Below, one piece after another: positions 34,892-42,867 of a stretch of 45,500 nt of DNA (position 1 is its first letter; each line of letters starts with the position of its first letter). This DNA is from a virus (Duplodnaviria; Caudoviricetes): the IMG/VR virus record IMGVR_UViG_3300034965_000047, positions 1 through 45,500 of that record, one strand, 5' to 3'. Position numbers and translations under genes: made by a program. The notes below the pieces were generated by a model, which had not been told where the DNA came from, made no database searches, and worked only from the letters and a program-made list of their open reading frames with translations.

Positions 34892-35127
34892 TAATTATCA
34901 CCGGGAATTTCTGGAATCATCCAATGTGTAATGACAAACCATTCCATGCCATCGTCTGCAAAATCCCAGGCAACAGTTCCATCCTTTTGGATGGTAAATA
35001 ATGCAATTTCAGGAGTTGCCGAAATTCCTTTTGCAAAAACTATTGCAAAATCAGATCTTCCCCCCGTCTTATGATCGTAGACGTCATTAATTGTTGGCAG
35101 ACGTTCTTTCACGCTTGTCCATTTCAT
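34891..35127 (-). CDS. DUF551-like protein
   Basis: MKWTSVKERLP...ITHWM.P. Confidence 0.8.
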   Translation of the reverse strand: MKWTSVKERLPTINDVYDHKTGGRSDFAIVFAKGISATPEIALFTIQKDGTVAWDFADDGMEWFVITHWMIPEIPGDN

Positions 35128-35314
35128 TAGTGTATTCCTCCCATGACCTTTTAGCCATAATCAACGCGCAGTAGAATTCGCGCGTTGATATCGTCATTTT
35201 TTCAAAGTGGCCAACCGCTGCCAAGTCTAATTCCTGAGCGGTTAACCTTAAGATGTGGCCCTTTGGCAAATTGTCCAGGTTTGCTCTTTCGATCATTTTT
35301 CTTGTTAGGCGCAT
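35087..35314 (-). CDS. Hypothetical protein
   Basis: GAGG RBS; in cassette. Confidence 0.55.
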   Translation of the reverse strand: MRLTRKMIERANLDNLPKGHILRLTAQELDLAAVGHFEKMTISTREFYCALIMAKRSWEEYTNEMDKRERTSANN

Positions 35315-35405
35315 TTTTAATTACCTCATTGACTATTATTAAAATAAATATCAGAACCGCAATAGACACAACGACATCGACCAATTCTTGCATTTTATCC
35401 TCCAA
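35202..35405 (-). CDS. Small membrane protein
   Basis: N-terminal TM; start uncertain; overlaps next gene. Confidence 0.4.
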   Translation of the reverse strand: MEDKMQELVDVVVSIAVLIFILIIVNEVIKNAPNKKNDRKSKPGQFAKGPHLKVNRSGIRLGSGWPL

Positions 35406-35667
35406 TAATATCGATTATTTTTGCAATTGTTTCATTGCTTAATTTTACTGACAGAATTTTATTGATTATCGAAAGTTTGTTTCTTAGGTTGTAGTTCTCT
35501 TGGAGTATTCTATCTCCATCTGAGGCCTGTGCGCCATTTTGAAACCAAATCCACCTGGATTGCACTGAAATGTCTATATAGTTATCGTTGTTATCCTTTC
35601 GTAGCGATAGAGTACTTGCAAAGTACTCATCTGCCAGTCGTTCAAATTCAATCTGGAGTGGTTTCAT
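35395..35667 (-). CDS. Hypothetical protein
   Basis: ATGA-coupled; EFE...Y.D..VQ..W..FQ phage-type motif. Confidence 0.6.
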   Translation of the reverse strand: MKPLQIEFERLADEYFASTLSLRKDNNDNYIDISVQSRWIWFQNGAQASDGDRILQENYNLRNKLSIINKILSVKLSNETIAKIIDIIGG

Positions 35668-36407
35668 TTTGTGGCCTTTATTTCTTGGATAAGCGCATGC
35701 ACTCCGTTTGGATCTTGTTCCGTATGGTTAGGACATTGATGCTTTGGGTTTTTCCTTGCATATTCTTCTGCGAATTCCATCAACTTATCGCGCTGTTGGA
35801 TAAGGGTGGAAATTATCATTTTTAATTCTTTAGTTTTTTGATTATGCACAGATTCGGTAACTGAAATTCCCAACAAATGTTTTTCTTCTGTTAGCCTCTC
35901 ATCTTCATCAGCTTCGCGCAATTCGTTCCGAAGGATTTTTATCCTTGCTGTCAATTCCGCTACATGATCAGATTCGGAAGGCATGGCGGAATGGATGGCT
36001 TTTGCAGCATTATAACAGGAGTTTGTCCTGTCATGAATATCGAACGGGTAATTGATTAACAATGTTGCTATCTGCTCAACCGTAAGTGCTTTAGTCTTAT
36101 TAGCTGGTTTGCTTCGAGCATTCATCCCTGCATAAAATCCAAGGAATGCCCCACGGTAAAAATCCTCATCTTCGTATTTGCTGGGAATTGTTTGCATCCA
36201 ATCGCACTCAATTTTCGTTGAGTATTTTTCAACCCATTTATCAAACTCTTCCCTGCATTTTTCGTCACTCATGCTATCCAAAAATCCAACCCTTGCCCCT
36301 TCCAGGCGATAATCAGCTATCAATTGCAGTATACCATGGCAACCATCAGCGGCATTAACGCGTTTGCACTGCGCTTCTATATTCCTAAGCAAAATTTCTA
36401 TATTCAT
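35664..36407 (-). CDS. Hypothetical protein (REEFE/LTVE paralog family), leaderless first gene
   Basis: CREEFDKW...LTVEQIA...AKAIH; promoter 6 nt upstream. Confidence 0.7.
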   Translation of the reverse strand: MNIEILLRNIEAQCKRVNAADGCHGILQLIADYRLEGARVGFLDSMSDEKCREEFDKWVEKYSTKIECDWMQTIPSKYEDEDFYRGAFLGFYAGMNARSKPANKTKALTVEQIATLLINYPFDIHDRTNSCYNAAKAIHSAMPSESDHVAELTARIKILRNELREADEDERLTEEKHLLGISVTESVHNQKTKELKMIISTLIQQRDKLMEFAEEYARKNPKHQCPNHTEQDPNGVHALIQEIKATK

Positions 36408-36413
36408 TGTTAC

Positions 36414-36478
36414 ATTATCTTATGACATGCGGAATATGTCAAGCACTATTTGACAACTCGCGCACATTATGGCATTAT
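36414..36478. promoter_or_regulatory. Back-to-back leaderless promoters (minus 36414-36442; plus 36450-36478)
   Basis: TTGACA-TATT-CCGCA-TGTCATAA-GATAAT-6-ATG (minus); TTGACA-ACTC-GCGCA-CATTATGG-CATTAT-6-ATG (plus). Confidence 0.85.
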
Positions 36479-36484
36479 TAGAAA

Positions 36485-37243
36485 ATGACTGACCTAGAAA
36501 AAACTGTTGCCGACCTTTCCAAAAAATATGAGCGAACCTGGATACAAAAAACACTTAAGCAACCGCCAAGACACGCTGAACTATCAGACATTGAAAAAAT
36601 GGGGTACGGAATTTACCGACCAGTAGTTACATCATGGCCGCACATGGGGCAAGTTGTCGTTATTTTGCGCGAGCTTTCGGAAGCGCAAATTTATGCCATT
36701 GGCGACATTACCATGATCAAAACATTCTGGGACAAGATCGCAAGTCAGCGAGAGCCAACAGTTGATGAGATGTCAGCATATGCCGAGCGCCATGATCAGC
36801 TATTGCGATTGTCCTTGGCCAACCCGACATATGATGACCTCATAAAAATGGCCGGATCTTACATTGACCACGAATCAATCGCACGCGAGCTTGGATCAAT
36901 CAAAGAAATCTGGAAAACCCTGCCACATGGCCCAGAAAAAATAAGATTAAAAAAGCAATATGACGGCATAGAAATGGCCAGCAAATTCCTTTTGCCACCA
37001 GAATTCACTGCTCCGCTTGTAGCATGGATTACTGGGGCAAGCCGATCAGACATCGATAGTGTTACCTATGAATTGCTGATTAAGGCAGCCACATTGGCTA
37101 CCCTTGGCGGTGATAATCCGTCTAACCATATTGGAGGTCGATTTGAACGCTACCCAGGTGACAAGCTTTTGACCGATGACATCAATAATCGGGCCTGGTA
37201 TTACCTGCAGAATAAGGACAAATACGACAAGCGCCAGTTGTAG
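36485..37243 (+). CDS. Putative tail assembly chaperone
   Basis: Immediately upstream of tape measure gene; assignment by position. Confidence 0.55.
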   Translation: MTDLEKTVADLSKKYERTWIQKTLKQPPRHAELSDIEKMGYGIYRPVVTSWPHMGQVVVILRELSEAQIYAIGDITMIKTFWDKIASQREPTVDEMSAYAERHDQLLRLSLANPTYDDLIKMAGSYIDHESIARELGSIKEIWKTLPHGPEKIRLKKQYDGIEMASKFLLPPEFTAPLVAWITGASRSDIDSVTYELLIKAATLATLGGDNPSNHIGGRFERYPGDKLLTDDINNRAWYYLQNKDKYDKRQL

Positions 37244-37269
37244 ACCGCTCAGTCTATCGCCTATATAAT
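37241..37269 (+). promoter_or_regulatory. Leaderless promoter of tape measure gene
   Basis: TAGACC-17-TATAAT, then 6 nt, then ATG 37276. Confidence 0.75.
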
Positions 37270-37275
37270 AGCGGA

Positions 37276-40200
37276 ATGAGTGCAAACGGAGAAGACGCCG
37301 GAAGTATATTTTCAGAGGTCAGAATAAGGCTTGATAAACTGCAATCTGACATTAGTCAGGCAGTAAATAGCATTGATAAATTCGGAAAAAATGTTGTTGA
37401 CATGGGAAATACTGCCAGCAACCTTTTTTCTAGCAGTTATTCAAAGTCAATTGGTAATGTTAAAACATATCTTGCAAGTCTTGACGATGCCGTAAAATCC
37501 GGTGCGCTTACCCAAAAGCAAGCAATTGAGCAGTCTATTGCCGTTCGCAAGCAAGAAATTTCCTTTATCCAAGCGACAGCTGCCCAGAAGGGCGGGTTTA
37601 CCGCGCGAGAGATTGCCGATCTAAAATCAGTCAAGTCCGAATTAGTTGGTCTCGAATCTCAATACAAAGAACTGTCGGCATCAGAAAAGCAAACCGGGCA
37701 AGATTCTACAAGATTTTCTGCCGCTTCCGTTGCCGCAGCCGCAGTAGTTGCGGTTGCATTCCGCTCACTTGTTTCAACCGCGTCAGAATATAGCGCCGCT
37801 CTTGCTGGAGTAAAAGCTGCCACAAGAGCCAGTGCCGACGAAATGAAGCAGTTTGCATCCATTGCCGACGAAACGGCCAAGACTTATGGTAAAACTAATA
37901 CGGAAGCCCTGGCCGGCATCGAGGCATTAGCCAAGGCCGGTGTATCTACCTCTGATATTATTGGCGGTGGACTTGCTGGTGCCATGGCGCTGGCGGCATC
38001 AGGTGAAATGGGCGTAGGCGATGCCGCAGAAGCCGCAGCCGGTATTATGACGCAGTTTGGTAAGACTGGGTCAGACGTTGTGCATATTGCTGACCTGTTG
38101 TCAGCCGCTGCTGGTAATGCTATTGGCGAAGTGTCCGATTTCACTGCAGCATTCAAGCAAGTCGGACTGGTATCAAGCAAAACCGGGTTAAGCCTGGAGG
38201 AAACAACCGGGACACTTGCAGCATTTGCATCGAATTCTCTACTTGGGTCTGACGCAGGCACAAGTATGAAAACCATGCTTTCAAATTTGGTGCCCGTATC
38301 GGCTGAGGCCGGTACCCTGATGAAAAAATTAGGATTTAGTGCCTATGATTCAAAAGGCGCATTCGTTGGAATTTCAAACGTTGCCGAACAGCTCAAAACA
38401 AAACTCGGCGGACTCACTGAGGCCGAAAAATCAGAATATTTGCAAACGCTTTTTGGAAACGATGGAAAGCGCGCCGCGATTGTCCTCATGGAACAAGGCG
38501 GTAAGGGCATCGATGAATGGATTGGCAAGGTCAATCAACAGGGATTTGCCGCAGAAACTGCTCGCATTAAAATGGATAGCCTTGACGGTGACCTGCAAAA
38601 ACTGACCGCAAGTACAACAAACATGGCCGCAAGCCTTGGCGAGGCTGCCACCCCCGCCATGCGTGGAATGGCTCAGGTTGCAACGTTTTTGCTTAACGCC
38701 TTGGCATCGCTTCCGGGTCCGGTAAAAGTCGCCATTGTGACCATTGGCGGCCTTGCCGGGGCTGTCTTGGCCTTTGCTGCCGCTGGCCCGTCTGTAATTG
38801 GCGTAATCAAGGGCATTGGGCTTGCCGCTGCCACATCGCTGGGCCCATTTGGTCTTATTGCCGCTGCAGTGTCAACCATTGCAATAGGAATTGGGGCCGC
38901 CGCAGTTTCTGCTGGAGCATTTGAGACATCAACGTCAAGAATGATCAAGAGAAATTCTGAATTAATAGCTTCTGCCCAGTCAAGCGCAAGCGAATTCAAT
39001 AAAATAATTGGCCCAGTGAATGACGTTACAAGGGCGCATAAATTATCATCAGAACAAATTGACTCACTAAAAAAACTATACCCTGAATTGTCTAAAGTTA
39101 TGGACTTAAATAGGGCAACTATAGGTGATGTTTCTGATGCCCAAAAAAAACTAAACGAAGAAAGAAATAAAGATACACTATCCGCTATAAATAACCAAAT
39201 TCAGAGAAATAATGAATTAATAAAAAAACAGACAGAATTCCAGTCAGAAAATAATAAGATAGCCAAAGAAAAAATTGACAATCTAACAAAGTCCGACAGG
39301 GCAATAATAAGCAATTACGAAGCGACACAACGTCATACTCAATCAGAGCGCGAAGCCTACGAGGCCGCTAAAAAACATATTGACAGAGTTACAGAACTTT
39401 ATCAGGGCGTTGCAACTTCTACGAGTAAAACACTTGGAAATACTGAGGCATTACGCGCTCAAAATATTGTCTTGCTAAATCAAGCAAAAGAACTCGACGG
39501 GACCGCCCAGGCCGCTCGCGAATCCCAGGCCGTAAAAGATAAAGCTGCAGCTGACGAAAAGGCCAACGTAGAAAAAAGAAAGCAGGACATTGAACGAGAG
39601 GCACAGTCAAGAAAAGATCTTACAAGCGAATATGATAAGGCGCGATTTGTTTATGGCCAAATGCATGATCAACAGCTAATTAGTGACGAAGATTACTACA
39701 AAAAAATATCATCTCTGGCCAGCAATCGTATAAATGAAATCGAGAAGCAAGCAGAAAAAGACGGTGTTTTTTCTGCCGCTGCAAGGGACGGAATTGTCAA
39801 GGAAATGGCAATCAGGTCAGGCGCAGAAAAGCACATAGAAGACCTTAACAAGAAAAAATCAGAGCAATCATCAAAAGAAAAAGAACTCCAATCAGCGCTT
39901 GACGGAACTATAGAGTCAATGATTAGGCAGCGCGATGAGCTTATTAATACTGGAGTAATGACAGAGGCACAATCCGCGTTGGCTGATAAGTTGTCTAAAA
40001 AAATCATTGAAACGCAAAAAAATGAAGCCAAAGCAACCAATGCAACAGAAGAGGAAAAAAGAAAAGCCCAAGAATTGACCGCAAATTTCCGTCAATCATA
40101 TTCAGACGGATTAGTAGATAGCGTTGACAGAGAGGCAAATAAGAAAAAAGAAGGCCTTGACAAGGAAATCAAGGCATTGCGAGACGCAAATTCTTTAATG

Positions 40201-41124
40201 CTTGCAAGTGACAAGGAATACGCTGACCAGTCTACAGCAATCGCCAAATATTCCGCAGAGCAACAGGCTAAGATAGAAAGCGATTCGCTAAATTCCCGCA
40301 TTGGGTCAATTGGGGGATTTGTTAACCAGGTTGGCGGGGCATTTCAAGGGCTACTTTCCGCTCTTGGCGGACTATATCAAGCAATGAGCCAAAGTCAATT
40401 GGACTCGCTTGATGCGCAGCATCAGCAGTTACTTGATAATCTTGACGCTGACACGCAGGCCAGGCTTGAGGCTGCCGGAGTCGATGATCAAACGGCAGTT
40501 GAGTCTGCCCAGGCCCAGCTTGACGCTGCCATCGCTGCCGGTGACCTTGAGGCTCAGTCAACAGCAGAGAAAGAACTTAAAAAGCAACAGATACTAGCCG
40601 ATGCTGCAGCGAAAAAACTCGAAACTGATAAAAAATACGAACATGACAAGGCGCAGCTACAGTATAAATCAAGTCTAGAGCAATGGAATTTGCAAATGCT
40701 TAACGCCATTGCTGGAACTGCCATGGCTGTTATTAGCGCCCTAAGTACTCAGCCTTTTATCCTTGGAATTGCGCTTGCTGCCGTTGCCGGGATTGCTGGT
40801 GGTATCCAGATTGCCGCCGTTGCTGGGGCAAAGCCAAGGCCTCCTGCCCTTGCGACCGGTGGTATGGCTATACCAGGAGCATCGGGTCAAGGCGCACAGG
40901 TAATTGTTGCCGAAAACGGAAGCCCTGAAATGATGTTAAATGGCGGAGCGAGTGGTGAGCCATTTATGAATCAATTCGCCGATAAAATTGCGTCCAGGAT
41001 CATGGATAAAATCGGTGGAATCGGTAAAGATATAACTATTATAAATGAGCTGAATTCAGTTGTACTGGCAAAGGCAGTAGCCAAAGAAATAGAAAACGGA
41101 AACGTTCGGCTTCGAATGGGGTGA
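37276..41124 (+). CDS. Tail tape measure protein (TP901-family core)
   Basis: 1282 aa; LAKAG...ALAASGE...GSDAGTSMKTML core, long coiled coils, TM-like segments, LATGG...AENGSPE C-terminus. Confidence 0.95.
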   Translation: MSANGEDAGSIFSEVRIRLDKLQSDISQAVNSIDKFGKNVVDMGNTASNLFSSSYSKSIGNVKTYLASLDDAVKSGALTQKQAIEQSIAVRKQEISFIQATAAQKGGFTAREIADLKSVKSELVGLESQYKELSASEKQTGQDSTRFSAASVAAAAVVAVAFRSLVSTASEYSAALAGVKAATRASADEMKQFASIADETAKTYGKTNTEALAGIEALAKAGVSTSDIIGGGLAGAMALAASGEMGVGDAAEAAAGIMTQFGKTGSDVVHIADLLSAAAGNAIGEVSDFTAAFKQVGLVSSKTGLSLEETTGTLAAFASNSLLGSDAGTSMKTMLSNLVPVSAEAGTLMKKLGFSAYDSKGAFVGISNVAEQLKTKLGGLTEAEKSEYLQTLFGNDGKRAAIVLMEQGGKGIDEWIGKVNQQGFAAETARIKMDSLDGDLQKLTASTTNMAASLGEAATPAMRGMAQVATFLLNALASLPGPVKVAIVTIGGLAGAVLAFAAAGPSVIGVIKGIGLAAATSLGPFGLIAAAVSTIAIGIGAAAVSAGAFETSTSRMIKRNSELIASAQSSASEFNKIIGPVNDVTRAHKLSSEQIDSLKKLYPELSKVMDLNRATIGDVSDAQKKLNEERNKDTLSAINNQIQRNNELIKKQTEFQSENNKIAKEKIDNLTKSDRAIISNYEATQRHTQSEREAYEAAKKHIDRVTELYQGVATSTSKTLGNTEALRAQNIVLLNQAKELDGTAQAARESQAVKDKAAADEKANVEKRKQDIEREAQSRKDLTSEYDKARFVYGQMHDQQLISDEDYYKKISSLASNRINEIEKQAEKDGVFSAAARDGIVKEMAIRSGAEKHIEDLNKKKSEQSSKEKELQSALDGTIESMIRQRDELINTGVMTEAQSALADKLSKKIIETQKNEAKATNATEEEKRKAQELTANFRQSYSDGLVDSVDREANKKKEGLDKEIKALRDANSLMLASDKEYADQSTAIAKYSAEQQAKIESDSLNSRIGSIGGFVNQVGGAFQGLLSALGGLYQAMSQSQLDSLDAQHQQLLDNLDADTQARLEAAGVDDQTAVESAQAQLDAAIAAGDLEAQSTAEKELKKQQILADAAAKKLETDKKYEHDKAQLQYKSSLEQWNLQMLNAIAGTAMAVISALSTQPFILGIALAAVAGIAGGIQIAAVAGAKPRPPALATGGMAIPGASGQGAQVIVAENGSPEMMLNGGASGEPFMNQFADKIASRIMDKIGGIGKDITIINELNSVVLAKAVAKEIENGNVRLRMG

Positions 41125-41153
41125 TAGACGTCTAATAATCCGCATGATATTAT
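41125..41153 (+). promoter_or_regulatory. Leaderless promoter of tail tip/lysis operon
   Basis: TAGACG-17-TATTAT, then 6 nt, then ATG 41160; CCGCA in spacer at shifted position. Confidence 0.7.
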
Positions 41154-41159
41154 CTTTAC

Positions 41160-41867
41160 ATGCGGATTTTATTTGAAAATGCATTAAATGACTCTACAAT
41201 GAGTGCAACCGCAAGTTCGATTAATTACCCTGTGGAGAGCATGATTCATCGATATAAGAAAAAGCGTTGGCAGTGTCTTATATCTAGTTCTGTAATAACA
41301 TGCATTTTTAACAATACAAAATCATTGAACTGTATTTTCTATTCATACCACACGTTAAATTCAATATCATTTAAATTACTTGATTCGCTTGATAATGTTC
41401 TATATTCTGGCCTTGACTCTGATATAAAAGACATTGGCATAATTTATTTTAACAAAATCGATAATGTAAAAAAACTTGTTATAACCGTATCTTCTTTAGA
41501 TGTTCTTAGAATAGGAACATTATGGACAGGGGTTTATAAACAGGTAGATTTATTTACAAATAATTATAAGCCATCATTGATAGATAATTCTGTGATAAGC
41601 GGATCAACTGATTTTCAATACTCTGGATTATATACAATGCCAGTGAGCGCACTTGAATTCAATATTGATAACGTTGATGATTTTGAGAAGGATTATTTTG
41701 TCAATCAATATATTATCAAGTCAAGATTCATGCCATTTTTTATTGATATCTACGAAACAAATAGAGAAAAAATGAAACCCATGTACGTTGTATTTGATGA
41801 TCAGCCGCAGGTTTCGTTGCGTGGGATTATGTTTAATTTACTTATAAAAATTAAAGAGGCTAATTGA
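41160..41867 (+). CDS. Distal tail-like protein
   Basis: First gene after tape measure; beta-rich. Confidence 0.6.
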   Translation: MRILFENALNDSTMSATASSINYPVESMIHRYKKKRWQCLISSSVITCIFNNTKSLNCIFYSYHTLNSISFKLLDSLDNVLYSGLDSDIKDIGIIYFNKIDNVKKLVITVSSLDVLRIGTLWTGVYKQVDLFTNNYKPSLIDNSVISGSTDFQYSGLYTMPVSALEFNIDNVDDFEKDYFVNQYIIKSRFMPFFIDIYETNREKMKPMYVVFDDQPQVSLRGIMFNLLIKIKEAN

Positions 41868-41868
41868 T

Positions 41869-42867
41869 ATGGCAATAGTACAAGTAGTTTTCCCTGATGT
41901 TTCTCCGGTGGCAGGATTGATAGCTAATACATATCAGGCACAGAATAATCAATTGGCCGAATTAGTTCGAGGCATTGGGATGGTTGACCCGGTTAATGGG
42001 TCGAATATAATTCAGGGCGCAGTTCTAAATGTCGGCGGTATTCTGTACAAGGTAGACGCCGACACGGCTATTACCGGTACGGCTTCCAAGTATGTAAAGA
42101 TTACACCATCAGTTGATACTCTGACTTGTACAGCTTCATTTGTCGCAAATTTGACCGGAGTTTCATGGAATAAGGTGGCAAACGGTTATTATGACGTATC
42201 TGGTAATTTGTATTTGTTTGATGAGGCTTTGGCCATCAATGATGGAGATCTATCATTGGTTTATTCAAAGATTGGTAAAATAAAAACATTAAGCAATGTT
42301 ACTGTTAAAAATATATCAGGGATGAACAGGGTCCATGGTATGCTTTCATTGACTGGTTCTGGGTCATGGATATGTCCAGATGGTGTTAATAATATATTTG
42401 TTAGAATAGGCGCTGGCGGGGCTAGCGGTGCATGTTTTTCAATTAGTGGAAATAACGGAAATGATACTACGTTTAACGGTAAAACTGCTCACAAAGGAAT
42501 AAAAGGTCTAAATGCTCAATCTTCCGGAGGAACCGGAGGGTCTGGTGGTTCAGGCGCTGCATTATCTGGAGAAAAATCATTTACCGGTGGTAATGGTGGA
42601 AATAATTCAAGCGGGTCAGGCGCAGCTGGAGTTGCAGTTACTGCACTTGGGTCGATAAAAAATGACTTAGGATCGGGCGGTGACGGTGGGCTAGGTCAGG
42701 CAGGTGGAGGCGGCGGCGCTGGAGAGATGCTATGTTTTTATATGGCAGTAATACCTGGAAATTCTTATTCATATTCAGTTGGGTCAGGTGGTGCTCAAGT
42801 TGGACCAGATAGCCAGCCTACGACCGGATTCGCTGGAAAAAATGGGTCAATTTGGATTGAGTACTAA
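41869..42867 (+). CDS. Tail protein with glycine-rich domain
   Basis: SGSWICPDGV...GAGGASG...GGGGGAG...VIPGNSYSYSVGSGG...GKNGSIWIEY. Confidence 0.75.
   Translation: MAIVQVVFPDVSPVAGLIANTYQAQNNQLAELVRGIGMVDPVNGSNIIQGAVLNVGGILYKVDADTAITGTASKYVKITPSVDTLTCTASFVANLTGVSWNKVANGYYDVSGNLYLFDEALAINDGDLSLVYSKIGKIKTLSNVTVKNISGMNRVHGMLSLTGSGSWICPDGVNNIFVRIGAGGASGACFSISGNNGNDTTFNGKTAHKGIKGLNAQSSGGTGGSGGSGAALSGEKSFTGGNGGNNSSGSGAAGVAVTALGSIKNDLGSGGDGGLGQAGGGGGAGEMLCFYMAVIPGNSYSYSVGSGGAQVGPDSQPTTGFAGKNGSIWIEY

Noticed and set aside
36485-37275. Programmed -1 frameshift in the tail assembly chaperone
   Set aside because: Only one ORF precedes the tape measure gene, with no second overlapping frame or clear slippery heptamer near its end.
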